Shown here in pieces: positions 12,509 to 26,200 of a DNA stretch of 64,000 nt. The DNA lies in the NCBI GenBank assembly GCA_951406725.2, contig OX597828.1, forward strand, positions 72,168,001 to 72,232,000, given 5' to 3'. Below the pieces are notes generated by a model. That model saw nothing but the letters and a program-made list of their open reading frames with translations, was not told where the DNA came from and made no database searches. Origin of the DNA: Octopus vulgaris. Taxonomy: Eukaryota. A program made the position numbers and the translations under genes. Positions within the stretch are counted from its first letter, which is position 1. The number at the start of each line of letters is the position of its first letter.

Positions 12509-14085
12509 AACACAACAAACAGTCCTGTCCTTCTTCTTCTACTTCTTCTCCTCCTCCTCCTTCTCCCCTCTTACTAATCTGTTTAATAGTGGATCTATCT
12601 CTCTGTTCTCCACCAAATTACATTGTTTATTTATTAGCATTTGTCGAGAGGCCGGCTAACTGTATGTCGCAGAATGGATGGCTTGTTTAAGCTCGGCCGA
12701 TACTTATTCATTATCTCAATGCCAAATTACAGCCTTCAATTGTTTTATTACCAGTTAACACACCTTCAAATAATCACAGTACTACTACTACTACTACTAC
12801 TACTAATAATAATAATAACAACAGCAATAATAGTAATAATAATAATAATCTTTGCTATTGTTTAATTTTTGGTGTCGTTCAGAAGAGATGTCGTTTCGAA
12901 CGTGCTTCTTTTGCTTCTGTGTTTTTGTTGTTGATCAAAAGTGCTGGCCTTGTCGTGTGGTCAAGAAGTTGGCTTTGCGACCATGTGGGTTTGAGTTCAG
13001 TCCCCCACTCTGTTGTACCTTAGGCAGGTGTCTTCCATTATAGCCTAGGGCTAACCAGTGCTCTGTGAGTGAATCCGAGAGATGGAAAAAACTGTGTGGA
13101 AGCCTGCACTAGGTGCAGGTGTGACTGTGTCGTTCAGAACTTTGTTTCCCCAACTACATAGTTTAGGGTTCAATCTCACCCTGTGGCACCTGGGGCAGGT
13201 TTCTTCTTCTCTCACCCCAGGTTGACTAAAGACTTGTGGGATGATTTGGAAGAAGGAAACTAAAATAGGACTGTTGTGTGTATATATGTATGATAGTGTG
13301 TCTGTGTGTGAGTGTGTGTGTATGTTTGCATTTCCTTGTCTTGTAAACACGTGATAAGTTGTAAATGAGTATCATGCACAGTGCAATTAATTTCCAGCGT
13401 TCTGTGAAAACATGTCTGGCCATGGGAAGATTTTACATTGCTTTGAATACAGGGGAACATTGGCAGTTGGAAGGGCATCTGGCCATAGGAAGTCTGCATC
13501 TTAAAAAACACTGATTAACCTATGGGAGCATGATGACGATGATGATAATGATGAATATATATATCATAAACACAGGAGTGGCTGTGTGGTAAGAAGCTGA
13601 CCTCTCGACCACAGGATTACCGTTTCAGTCCCACTTCCTGGCACCTTAGGCAAGTGTCTTCTATTATAGCCTCAGGCTGACCAAAACCTTGTGAGTGGAT
13701 TTGGTAGACGGAAATTGAAAGAAGCCCGTCGTATGTATATATATATCATCATCATCATCATCATCATCATCATCGTTTAGCGTCCGTTTTCCATGCTAGC
13801 ATGGGTTAGACGGTTCTACTGGGGTCTGTGAAGCCAGAAGGCTTCATCAGGCCCAGTCAAATCTGGCAGTGTTTCTACGGCTGGATGCCCTTCTTAACGC
13901 CAACCACTCCGAGAGTGTAGTGGGTGCTTTTTACGTGCCACTCGCACAGGTGCCAGACAGAGCTGGCAAACGCCCACGAACGGATGGTGCTTTTTATGTG
14001 CCACCGGCACGAGGGCCAGGCGAGGCTGGCAACGGACACGAAACGGGGCGGTGCTGGCAACGGTTGCGAAACGGAAGGTTCTCTT

Positions 14086-14368
14086 ACATGCCACCGGCAC
14101 TGGTAACACATCTGCAATTTCCATTGATCGATTTCAATTCTGATCCTCACTTGCCTCAACAGGTCTTCATAGGTTTCGACATGCCACCGGCACTGGTAAC
14201 ACATCTGCAATTTCCATTGATCGATTTCCATTCTGATCCTCACTTGCCTCAACGGGTCTTCACAAGTAGAGTTTCGACATGCCACCGGCACTGGTAACAC
14301 ATCTGCAATTTCCATTGATCGATTTCGATTCTGATCCTCACTTGCCTCAACAGGTCTTCACAAGTAGT
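14086..14368. repeat. Three tandem ~93-98-bp units inside a family C element
   Basis: ACATGCCACCGGCACTGGTAACACATCTGCAATTTCCATTGATCG... starts at 14086, 14179 and 14277. Confidence 0.9.
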
Positions 14369-16648
14369 ACGTACCACCAGACCAGGGATCCTGGCTGGTT
14401 CAATTCGATTTCGATTTCGCTTGCCCCAACATGTCATCGCAAGCAAGGGGGTTGGCATGGGTGCCTGTTGTACGGTCAGATTGGTGTATTTTACGTGCCA
14501 CCGGCACGGAAGCCAGTGGAGGCGGCGCTGGCATCGGCCACGAGTCGGATAGTGCTTTTTACGTACCACCAGACCAGGGAACCTGGCTGGTTCAATTCGA
14601 TTTCGCTTGCCCCAACATGTCTTCGCAAGCAATATATATATATATGTATATGTATGTATGTATGTATTTGTGTTTCTGTATGTATATATGTATTTGTGCG
14701 TCTGTGTTTGTGCCCCCCCACCATTGCTTGACAACCATTGTTGGTGTGTTTACGTCCTCATAACTTAGTGGTTCAGCAAAAGAGACCACTAGAATAAGTA
14801 CTAGGCTTACAAAGAATAAGTCCTGGGATTGATTTGTTCAACTAAAGTCAATGCTCCAGCATGGCTGCAGTCAAATGACTGAAGCAAGTAAAAGAAATAG
14901 AAGAAATATGTGTATGTATATTTGTGTTGGCCCCTTACCATTTGACAACCATTGTTTGTTTGTTTACATCCCTATGACTTAGTGATTATCACCAAAAGAA
15001 ATCTTTAGTAGGAGCTGTGGGATCATCATCATCATCATCATACGTCCTCCTTCCATGCTGGCATGGGTTGGACGGTTTGACAGGAGCTGGCCAGACAGAA
15101 GCCTGCACCAGACTTCTGAGTCTCTTTTGGCAGCAGGGTTTTTACAGGCTGGATGCCCTTCCTAACACCAACCACCCAGCAGGGTGGACCAAATATATAC
15201 CATATCAGAAATAGAGTATTGAAGTATTGTATTAATAGATTATTAAAAATGTTATAGTAGAATAGTAGTACCACTAGAGATATGATTAAAGATATAGAAG
15301 AGTAGGTACTACGAGAGGTATCATTAATAAGATATATAGTACGGTAGGTTCTATAAAAGCTATTAAAACAGACATGGAATAGTAAGTGCGATTTGAGGTT
15401 ATCGTTAAAAGGATAGTATATTCTTGATAGTTATGAGAGATATTAAAAAAATGATATATTTTTAGATAAGAAAATCTATTCTGTTTGTTTATTGTTTTAA
15501 GAATATTTTTGCATTATTTTATTATCAATATAAATGGAATATGTTTATTAATAATATAGATTAAATGTGTTTTGTATCTTGATAATTTTTACAAATGTTT
15601 CATGAAGTGGGTTTTTTTTTTGTATTTATTAAAGAAATATTTGTCTTTGCATAATATTGGTTTGGTTCGGTTCTAAGAAATTGATTTATATTTTTTTCAC
15701 TTTTATTAATTCTCACCTTACCAAATGTTGTCTCACTAAAGTTGGAAGTTATTCTATGTAAAGGAATCTTAAATATGTTAAAATCAAGAATAAATATTCT
15801 TTTCCACTCCAGGTACAAGGCCTGAAATTTTGGGAGAGGGGGCCAGTCAATTAGATCGACCCCAGTATGCAACTGGTACTTAATTTATTGACCCCAAAAG
15901 GATGAAAGGCAAAGTCGACCTTGGCAAAATTTGAACTCAGAATGTAAAGACAGACGAAATACTGCTAAGCATTTTGTCTGGCGTGCTGATGTTTCTGCCA
16001 GCTCGCCACCTTAAAATACACTCTCCTACTCTAGGCCGAAGGCCTGAAATTTTTGGAGAGGGGGCTAGTTGATTACACCGACCCCAGTGCATAACTGGTA
16101 CTTAATTTATCGACTCTGAAAGGATGAAAGGCAAAGTCGACCTTAGTGGAATTTGAACTCAGAACATAAAGACTGACAAAATACCACTAAACATTTTGCC
16201 TGGTGTGCTAATGTTTCTGCCAGCTCGCTGCCTTCAAAATCAAGTATAAATATTGCAGTAATAATATACAAGATGGCAAGCTGGCAGGATTGTTATCATG
16301 CTGGGCAAAATGCTTGGCGGCATTTCATCTATCTTTACATTCTGAGTTCAAATTCCATCAAGGTTGACTTTGCCTTTCATCCTTTTGGGGTCAATAAAAT
16401 AAGCACCAGTTAGCCCTTTCGATACCAACCCGGCTGAAACCGGTTCTGGCTCTGTAGTTCGAATATCTTGTTTCAAAAGTTTTGAATTAAAGTCTTCCAC
16501 CAAACACCTTAGTCACAAATTATGTTTCTAGCACCAGCTGAATGATAACTAAGTTATTTCACTAAATTCTTTGAAAGAAAAACAGAGCATCTCAACAGAA
16601 ATATGATAACAAAATGGTTAAAATATATAATAGAGAAACAATTCTTAA

Positions 16649-16869
16649 CCCTTTTGATACCAACCTGGCTGAAACTGGCCCTGGCTCTGAGTACAAATGT
16701 CATGTTTCCAAAAGTTTTGAATTAAAATCTTCCACCAAACTTTAGTCACAATTTATGTTGCTAACACTAGCTGAATGATAACAAAGTTATTTTACTAAAT
16801 TCTTTGTTATATTTAAAATTAATTGAAAGAAACACAGAGCATCTCAACAGAAATACGGTAATGAAAGGG
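16649..16869 (+). mobile_element. piggyBac-like MITE (~220 bp, TTAA TSD)
   Basis: TTAA|CCCTTTTGATACC ... GGTAATGAAAGGG|TTAA. Further copies at ~16414-16620, 45325-45548, 45565-45790, 50283-50504, 59360-59586. Confidence 0.85.
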
Positions 16870-19667
16870 TTAAACACCGGTTTCAATAAAATTAGTACCA
16901 GTTAAGCACTGGAGTTGATCTAGTCAACTTACCCACCTCCTCAGGAATTGCTGGCCTTGTGCCAAATTTCAAACCAATATTACAATAATAAACGAGCATT
17001 GGATTGGTGGTAGAGTAACGAGCAAAATATCTTGTGGTATTTGATTTCTTATCTTGACACTGCGTTCATTCCCTGCTGGGACCTCACATCCGCGAGAGAA
17101 GGCGTCTGTACAATAATGCCATTGAGAAGAAAGTGCCAAAGTAGTGCACATTCTCTCCAGACGATCCCTTAAGTCTGCTAATATCTGGTATGTGGAATTT
17201 GTAACTAGTAGCATCAGCGCCTGAAAGTTGTTTGCATAGAAAACATGGTATTTTGGATTATTTTCTAGGATCTGAATCTTGAATTAAAATTTTTTAGTCA
17301 ACTCATTAACATAATTATGTTAATGTCATCATCATAGTTAAACGATTATCCTTTTTTAGTCGTTAGACTGCAGCTTTTCTGAAGAACTGCTTTGGAAAGT
17401 TTTTAGTTGAACTGTTCAACCCCAGTACATATTTAAAAGAATTTAAAACCTGGTATTTATTCTGTCAGTCTCTTTTGCTGAACCATCAAGTTACGAGGAC
17501 GTGAACGCATCAGTACCAGTTGTCAAATAATGGGGGGGGGGGGGGGGACAAATACACACACACACACACACAGAGGCTTTTTTCAGTTTCCATTTATCCA
17601 ATTCATTCACAAAGCTTTGGTTGGCCCGAGGCTATAGAAGAAGACACTTGCCCAAGGTGCCACACAGTGGGACTGAACCTAGAACCATGCAGTTGGGGGG
17701 CAAGCTTCTTACTACACACACGCACACACACACACATGTATATCTGGACTCACTTGACATCTCATTAATTTTCTTTCGGAACAAACTCTTCCCCAGTTGA
17801 TTATTATTATTATTATTATTATTATTAATATTAATATTGCAGATGTATTCTCTTTATTCAAAGTTCAAAGAGTATTTCATCACACCTGCACTCGTTGCCG
17901 ATCAATAAAAGACGGAATCGGGCTTCAATCAACAAAAATCTATCATAGGAATAAGACTCAAAGTTATCTATAGACAACCACTACAACATCAAAAGTAAAA
18001 TAAAATAACCCTGGTGACCCGACCTCCCTTATCCCCCCCCCACATCTTCAAATTAATTCCTATTTCAGTTTCGCTTGTTTTTATTTATTTCTTGTTTTCC
18101 TATTTTAATATTTCTGTCTGTTTTTTGAAAACTAGAAGAGAACTGAATGGTAATTATTGATCTCAGTTTGTTTACCTCATCTTTTGGGGGGTTCAATACC
18201 ATTACATCTCTCGGAATATTCTTCAACTACCATTCATTCTAGAATATTCCTTCATTTTTCTGACTGGTTTCAGCAATTGGATTGCTGCCAAACTGGAACA
18301 TCACCCTCCAGGGCTTTCAAGGATCATTTGGGCCCCGGTACTTGTTTCAGTATGCGAATGTGTGTGTGTGTGTAGAAATAATATATAGGGTGTGTGTGTG
18401 TGTGTAGAAATATATAGATGTATGTATGTGTAGGGTCTACAGGTGTGTGTGTGTGTGTAGAAATAATATATAGGGTGTGTGTGTGTAGGGTCTACAGGTG
18501 TGTGTGTGTCTCCCATCAGCTCTTGACAGCTGGTGTTGATTTGTTTACTTCTCTGTAACTTAGCAGTTTGACAAAAGGTGACCTCAGAATTAGTACCAGG
18601 TTTAGAAAAAAAGAAAGGAAACAAGTGCTGGGGTTGATTTGTTTGACTAAACCTTTCAAGGCAATGCCCCAGCATGGCCACAATTCAATTACTGAAAAAG
18701 AAAGTGGAAGCTGAAGGATGTTTCTGTTTGTGCAGTTGGTGTCAGTGTGTTTGCTGTGATTCTTTGAAAGCATGTCTGGACAAGGTGTAATGATATTGAA
18801 ACCCAAAAGCTGAGATCAATAGACGGAGATCAATAATTATCATTAGGCTCTCCTCTAGTCTTCAAAAAGCAGGGGGTGGGTGGAATCAGGGGCCGTCTCA
18901 GGAATTTTTCGAAGAGAGGCACAAGGTCAGAAGGGAATACAATTTCAGGAGGAAAGGGCATTAATAACATTATTTATCAGGGCATATTTCTTTTCTTGAG
19001 GAGGGCATGTGCCCCTCAGGATCTCCCCTCCTCCCTGGGTCTGCCACTGGAAATATTACTTTGCTTGGAAACAGGTGAGGCCTGGTGATAGGAAAGATGT
19101 CCAGCCATAGAAAATTCTGCTTCAACAACGTCTTGTATGATGCATGTAAGTAAAGGAAGAAAGTAAACATTAAGACAATGATGATGATGATGTTTCTGAA
19201 AAGAGCCATTATGGTAATGTTGATCACTGCTACCATGACAACCAACGTTATTTCGCCCATCGCGTTCTGAGTTCAAATTCCACTGAGGTCAACTTTTCCT
19301 GTCATCCTTTCGGGGTTGATAAAATAAGTACCAGTGAATCACTGGGGGTCAATGTAATTGATTAATCCCCTCCAACCAAATTTCGAGGCCTCGTGCCTTC
19401 AGTAGAAAGGATTATTATTGTTATTATTTTAGGGGGCAACCTGGCAGAATCGTTAGCATGGTGGGCGAAATGCTTGGCGGCACTTCGTCGTCCACCTTTA
19501 CGTTCTGAGTTCATATTCTGCTGAGATCAACTTTGCACAGGTGCCTTTATTCAGGCAACTTGTCTGGTTTGTTATTCATCAGAGTTGATAAACCCAGTTA
19601 TGTTTTAAAATTTGATCGCTTTCATGAATGTTACTGTGCAAATGATACTGAGAGAGAGAGAGAGAAT

Positions 19668-19717
<50 letters not shown>

Positions 19718-20000
19718 ATCATAGATTAAAGTTTGATACAAATCAGATAGAAAGAAGAAAGAAGAGTGTGAGGTGGAGACAACAGCGAGACAGAAAGGAA
19801 AAGAAGGAAAGAGAAAAAATGGGAAAGTAAGAGAGAGAGAGAGAATAATATTGAGAGAAGGAGCCATCAGTGTTTATGTAAGAAAAAGACAAAACAAAAG
19901 GTTATCTCTCTCTCTCTCTTTTTCTATCTCTCCATCCATCCATGTCTGTCTGTCTGTCTGTTTATCTAATTAGCAATATTGGTTTTTGTTAAAATTTTAG

Positions 20001-20175
20001 GTTCACATAAAAGATTTGCTGGCTCAAACATGCCACATTGATGCTGATGAGAATGCCGAAATTATCGTCTATGACCAATGCACTGAGGAACCAGCCTATT
20101 TGACGGGAGACAATTTCTTGGTTGTATTACTGCAAAAACTTTCTTCTGCCTACAAAAGTGTCACACTTCTAAAAG
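20001..20175 (+). CDS. DUSP16: DUSP8/16-like coding exon 3 (VHIKDLLAQTCHIDADENAEIIVYDQCTEEPAYLTGDNFLVVLLQKLSSAYKSVTLLKG)
   Basis: Acceptor aaaattttag|G and donor AAAG|gtaagt (phase 1). VYDQ...D.FL.VLL.KL....SV.LL.G matches the C-terminal half of the DUSP8/16 rhodanese domain. Confidence 0.95.
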
Positions 20176-20587
20176 GTAAGTGCAATCCTGAATTTGCCTC
20201 TCTCCCTCTTTTTTATATTTCCTACTTACAGGATTAATAATAATAATAATAATAATGATAATATTGTAATCCATTTATAAAAATGCTTTAAATAAATCTT
20301 TGATCCTTTAAATGGTATCTTGAAAATGATTTGCCTAATTAGATTACATATTAGCTAATGATTTTTATTATTATTTATGATTAATAATAATAATGATAAT
20401 AATAATAACGAGGATGATGTTAATGATAAAAATAATAATGCTTTCGTTATTAACCACAAGGGTTATTAACGAAAAGATTGGGAACTGTACAGAATGATAC
20501 AGAATGAGGAGATTATGTAAAATGTGAGGGAAAATAAAAGATGACAAAACTAAAACAAAAAGTTTGGAGTAGGAAGACCACCAAGGG

Positions 20588-20624
<37 letters not shown>

Positions 20625-22252
20625 GACTATATAGGACCGAGGTAACTCATCCAGAAGTTATACACAAATACACATGGTATGGCACTCTAATAATAATAAT
20701 AATAATTATAATAATGATAATAATAATAATAATTTTTTCTGCTGGAGCACAAGGTGTGAAATTTTAGGGAAAGGAGCTAATTGATTACATTGGCCCCTAC
20801 TACTCATCTGGTACTTATTCCATTGGCTTCAAAAGGATGAAACATCAGCGGCGTTTCAACTTGGAACGTGAAGGCAAATGAAATGCTGCCTAAGCCACCT
20901 TAATAATAATAATAATAATAGTAATAATAATAATAATAATAATAATGATAATAGAGCTGGCCAAATCATTAGCACACTGGACACAATGCTTGGCAGTGTT
21001 TTGTTTGTCCTTATGTTCTGAGTTCAAATGCTGCCAAAGGTTGATTTTGCCTTTCATCCTTTTGGGGGTTGATAAAATAAATATCAATTGAGCTCTGGGG
21101 TCAATGTAATTGACTCAGCCCTTCCCCCCAAATTTGCTGGCCCTTTGCCTAAATTTGAAGCCATTGGTAATATTGTTATTTAAATATCTTATTTGCTAGG
21201 AATGGCTGTGTGGTAAGTAGCTTGCTTACTAACCACATGGTTTTGGGTTCAGTCCCACTGCGTGACACCTTGGGCAAGTGTCTTCTACTATAGCCTCGGG
21301 TTGACCAAAGCCTTGTGAGTGGATTTGGTTGACAGAAACTGAAAGAAGCCTGTCGTGTATGTGTGTGTGTGTTTGTCCCCCCATTATCACTTGACAATCA
21401 ACGTTGGTGTGTCTACATCCTCGTAGCTTAGCAGTTTGGCAAAAAAGATCGATAGAATAAGTACTAAGCTTACAAAGAATTTTGTTGATTTGTTGATTTG
21501 TTTGACTACAAGGCGGTGCCCCAGCATGGCCCCAATCAAATGACTGAACTGAGTCAAAGAGTAATCATGAATGAGAGAGTAAATAAAGGTTGTTTACGAA
21601 CAGGAACTACAGAAGGTCTTTGTCTCTTGTTATTTTGTTCCTTGTAGTAAATACAGCTCGTCTCTCTCTCCATTGTTCGTTTACATTGAAACTAGTGGGT
21701 CAGTGTTTTGTAGGTGGCAGTAGTGAAGTGCACTTGTGGCATGGGCGAATAGCAGGCATGGTTGTGAGTAATTACTCAGGGTAGGCAGTTGATGACGTTT
21801 ATGTAGTAAAACACACACACAAAAAAAATAATAAGTGAAACACAGGCGTGCGACTGAGTTGAAGGCAGATTTACTTCTGCCTTTATAGTGTGTATAGAAA
21901 ACATTGTTGTAGGAGTGTACGCAGCATGTGTACTACAGTAGTACTATGCGTAGCTTTAATACTGAGATTGAAAAGCAGGGGTGAATTATGCCTACCTAAT
22001 CTACAAAAAAATGAAATATTTTGTATTTTATGCATAATAACCAGAGTAACCTTCATAATTTTATTGAATTCGGTGCATATTTTGTCATACAAGGAAAATG
22101 TTGCTATCGATCTATTTTATTCAAGGTAGGCACTGCCTACCTTGCCTACCCAGGTGGCACGACGTCCCTGGCAGGTAGTTAAGAAATTCACTTGACCACG
22201 ATTGGGGTTCGGTGTGAGTGTGTGCCATCTGAGAACCCAGTGTCTTTTAGCG

Positions 22253-22352
22253 AAGCCATGAGTCAGCCCAAGCCATGAGTCAGCCCAATGAGTCAGCCCA
22301 AGCCATGAGTCAGCCCAAGCCATGAGTCAGCCCAAGCCATGAGTCAGCCCAA
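22253..22352. repeat. 17-bp tandem repeat (GCCATGAGTCAGCCCAA) x6, each unit holding an AP-1/ARE motif
   Basis: TGAGTCA at 22259, 22276, 22289, 22306, 22323 and 22340. One unit is shortened to 13 bp. Confidence 0.95.
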
Positions 22353-22580
22353 GGTTTGGTGGGGGCTGTGTGAGATGGGTTGTACCTGTAATTCAATAGG
22401 TTATTGTCTTGTCACACACCACACTGAGTCAAGGTGAGTCATGCTTATTCTTCCTGAGAACTTCTCAGCCACATTGTTCTGGGTTCACTCTCATTGAATG
22501 GCACCCGAGGCAAGTCTCCTACTATAGCTCCAGGCTGACCAAGCCCTTGGGAGTGGATCTTGTTGACAGAAAGAAGCCTG

Positions 22581-22626
<46 letters not shown>

Positions 22627-24498
22627 ATTGCACACACATACACACAAATCACACACACACACATGTATGTATATATATATCTGTGTGTGTCTTTGTGTTT
22701 GTCCCCACCACTACATGGCAACAAGCGATGGGTTGTGTATGTTCCCTTAACTTAGCTGTTTGGCAAGAAGAGACTGATACAATAAGTACCAGACATATTT
22801 TAACTAACCTGCAATTCATTTATTGTATAGAGTTTTTGTTTAGCCCTGAGTTCGTCCTGATGGTGCAGATTGATGATTAACAGTTTTCCATCCATGGCCA
22901 TCCCGTATTTCATTAAGAAATACTGTCTTTAAGCCTACACTACCTGTTCTGTCCTACCTTCCGTTTTTTTGTTTTTTTTTAATTTCCTAAGGCAATAGGG
23001 TATATGATTTAATAGCTATTTGGCTGTGATTACTAGTAGATCTGGTGACCAGGTGAAGGAGACACTCTGTTTAGCTCTCAGTCAGTTAAAGTGATTAAGA
23101 ACACATCATTTGGAAATGTTAAATCATAATTGCTCGTTTTTCAACATCGAAATGTTTTGTTCTGAACTGCTGGAAAGTTAGTCGCAGAGCTGTCTTTAAA
23201 GGTTAAGAATTCTTACTATTGAGAAATGAGAAAAGAAAAGGAAAAACTCAAGGAAAGAGAAGATATTTCTCAAATGGATTTTGGATTATTTTTTAATTTT
23301 TTTTATTTGTGAAGCATAAGTTAACTAGAAATCTTAATTCCCAATTTTATTTCTCTTTTTATTTTGACATTCTTCCCTAATTTAGCCTGACTGATTTTAA
23401 TTAATTTTCTTAATAATTTTACTTTGAAAATGAAAATTAGTTTCTTTGCATTGTTAACCTCAGTATATAACTGGTAATTTAACAGATTACTGACCTGAGC
23501 ATAAAATAAAGGCTACGATGACTCAGACAGCATATGACCTTGACATTTATTATTGCCGCCATCTTATAGAAATTCTTCTCAAATCCTCATTAAATGGTTC
23601 CTGCCAAAGTAGTTTTTCTCTGTTTTTAGCGGAGAAGGACAAACATTGAGGATTCAATCAACTTTAAATATCGCTCGGAAAGTGATATTGATTTTTTCCT
23701 CCTACTTTGATTTTCTTCCAATCAGTTCACCATTATTTATTGGTTCTTTCATGTATTCCTCGTCTTTTATGCCTTCTCGTGCTACACTTTGTTTCCGATG
23801 CTATTTATTTACATAATTTTTCAAGACTTCTTTTTTCCCTTATTATTTCAAGTAATGCACGTGGAAAAAATAATTTGTCTTCTTTCTTTACTGAGCTGAA
23901 CGAAATCATGTAAATCTTTTAGTTTTTCTTCTTCTTTCCTTCCCAAGGCTACTGTACAGTTACTAACCTCATAGAACAAGTCTTAATTATTCTCATTCTA
24001 ATCACCAACAATTGTTGTGCATCACTTAATAATGGCAGACTTATTCTATTGTCTGGTTTGGCACCATCACCTGCTGCTAAACCAGGTACCTTTAGCATTT
24101 TTGTTGCAAATAGGCCTGAGCAGAGGGCAGTCTGGTTGATTCCGTTCTGACATGGTCATCTGCCCAAGTTAGTGGCACAGGGATGACTCTTTAGTAAAGA
24201 ATTCCCAATTTTATAAACCATTCGTATTCTTATATTCTGTTCCATTACTTACAAAACTTTATATACATTGCATGTGTGCATGCATGCATGAATGCACACC
24301 AGTAACCTGTACACGAATCACGTGTATTTAAATTTAACCCTGATTATTAAAATATAGAATGAATATTTAGAAACGGGGCCTAAATTTCACAGCTAGCCTG
24401 ATCCTGTTATCAGCTTTGAACAGGTTTTGTTGCACATACTGGGGCTAGATCTATCTCTGCAGTTGATTTCTCTCCATATATATGTGTGTATGTATGTA

Positions 24499-24534
<36 letters not shown>

Positions 24535-24539
<5 letters not shown>

Positions 24540-24902
24540 CTATATAAACGGCAGTTTGTCTGTGCGTTTTCTGTGTGTCTGTTTTCTCGTACCCTCACTC
24601 TGACCACGGCTTTCAACCGATTCTGATGAAACTTGACACACACATAGCCCAATGTCATAATTCAAAACTAAAGCAGCGAAAATTTTGAAAAGTTCCCCCA
24701 GTTCTGAAAAAATCGATAAATTCGACATGGGGTCAAGAATCAGAAACCCAAACCACAGACCGTCTAGGGGACGCAACTCCACCTTTTTTAACTCTGAAAA
24801 AAATTTACCATCATTTTTTTCTATTTTTTGGCTATAACTCTCTAAAAATGCTTTATAGTTATTTCCCTTACAAACCTGAGCAACGCCGGGCGATACTGCT
24901 AG
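24535..24902 (+). mobile_element. Non-autonomous Helitron
   Basis: 5' TC terminus (TCTCTCTATATAAACGGC), 3' GC-rich hairpin CCTGAGCAACGCCGGG followed by CTAG; inserted between A and T in a (TA)n tract. Confidence 0.8.
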
Positions 24903-24913
24903 TATATATATAA

Positions 24914-25125
24914 ATATACCAATTAAGGACTGAACACGAAAAGTGGACAGTCAACATGCTAGATATAGACGTCAAATCGTCATTCACCACAAAAGATTAT
25001 GTTCTCAGATCAAACTCAGTTGAGTTTGATCTGAGAACATAATCTTTTGTGGTGAATGACGATTTGACGTCTATATCTAGCATGTTGACTGTCCACTTTT
25101 CGTGTTCAGTCCTTAATTGGTATAT
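24914..25125. repeat. Perfect palindrome, 105-bp arms, 2-nt spacer
   Basis: 24914-25018 is the exact reverse complement of 25021-25125. Confidence 0.95.
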
Positions 25126-25769
25126 ATAAATATTTTAATCTTCGGATTCTTTTTTAATATGCTAGACCACTGGTCTTAATTGATAAATATCAATTTCTAC
25201 CCTTAATTAATTTTATATATATAAATATATAAGAAATCATCTATCTATCTAATTATAATATTATCATATTATAATTTATTATAATTTATACAACTTCTGT
25301 GCCCTGTCCACACCAGCCTGTCATGGCTCCATTCCTGTGGATACTCTTACAAAGATTTGGAGCCAAGTCTAAAATTCTAAACAAAGCATGAAATATATCT
25401 TTTACCTGTTTCACTTATCAGACTGTGCCCATGCTGAGGCAATATATATTTTTATTGCAGAAAATAAGGAAATCTCAAATTCAGGAAAATAAGGTATGAA
25501 AATAGCTTAGAAGATTGGGGGGAAAAATACCCTTATGAGGTGGGTGGTGAGGGGCTGGTTGGCTCAAAGCTGGAATTTGAGGGATAAAATTGAGGGGCTT
25601 ACTGGTCACTTTTTATCCATCTTAGAAGGGTTTTTTTTTACCTGATCTTTTAAGCTGTTTTCACAGCCATTTTCTTGCAATCGAGATTTCTGTAATTTCT
25701 AAATTAAAACTACTAACTTACTTGACACTTTGATGTTGGTTTATAAAACTCTCTCTCTGTGTATGTGTG

Positions 25770-25808
<39 letters not shown>

Positions 25809-25983
25809 CATATTGATAGATGAAGGTGCATGGCCTAGCAGTTAGGGCGTTGAGCTCATGATCATAAAGTCATAGGTTCAATTCCTGTATTGGGCAGTGT
25901 ACTGTATCTTTGGGTGGGGCACATCATTTCACTTTACAACTCAGACTATTCATAGGTCACACATTGATGACTGTTTTTCATGC

Positions 25984-26200
25984 ATTGATTGTATTGGGTA
26001 ATTGAGTAATGACTAAGGATTGATTGTATTGGTGGGTAATTGAGTTATGACTAAGGATTGATCGTATTAGGTAATTGACTAATGACTAATGGTTGTTTGT
26101 ATTGGGTAGTTGAGTAACAACTACTGATTGGTTGTACTTGGTTGTTGAGTAAAGACTAGTAATCATTCATATTTGGTAGTTAGGTAGTGACCAGTAATCA
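25984..26200. repeat. Degenerate ~35-38-bp minisatellite (GATTGATTGTATTGGGTAATTGAGTAATGACTAAG)
   Basis: About 5-6 progressively diverged units read directly. Confidence 0.75.

Noticed and set aside
14086-14368. Regularly spaced repeats as a CRISPR-like array (also 2046-2230, 22253-22352)
   Set aside because: Whole units repeat with no unique spacers, no cas genes, eukaryotic context.
20041-20070. CTGATGA...GAAA hammerhead-like string in exon 3
   Set aside because: Stem II is at most 1 bp and there is no stem I; explained by codons ADENAEI.
24620-24636. CTGATGAAAC as a hammerhead core (also ~32708)
   Set aside because: No stem II; part of a Helitron/Helentron internal motif.
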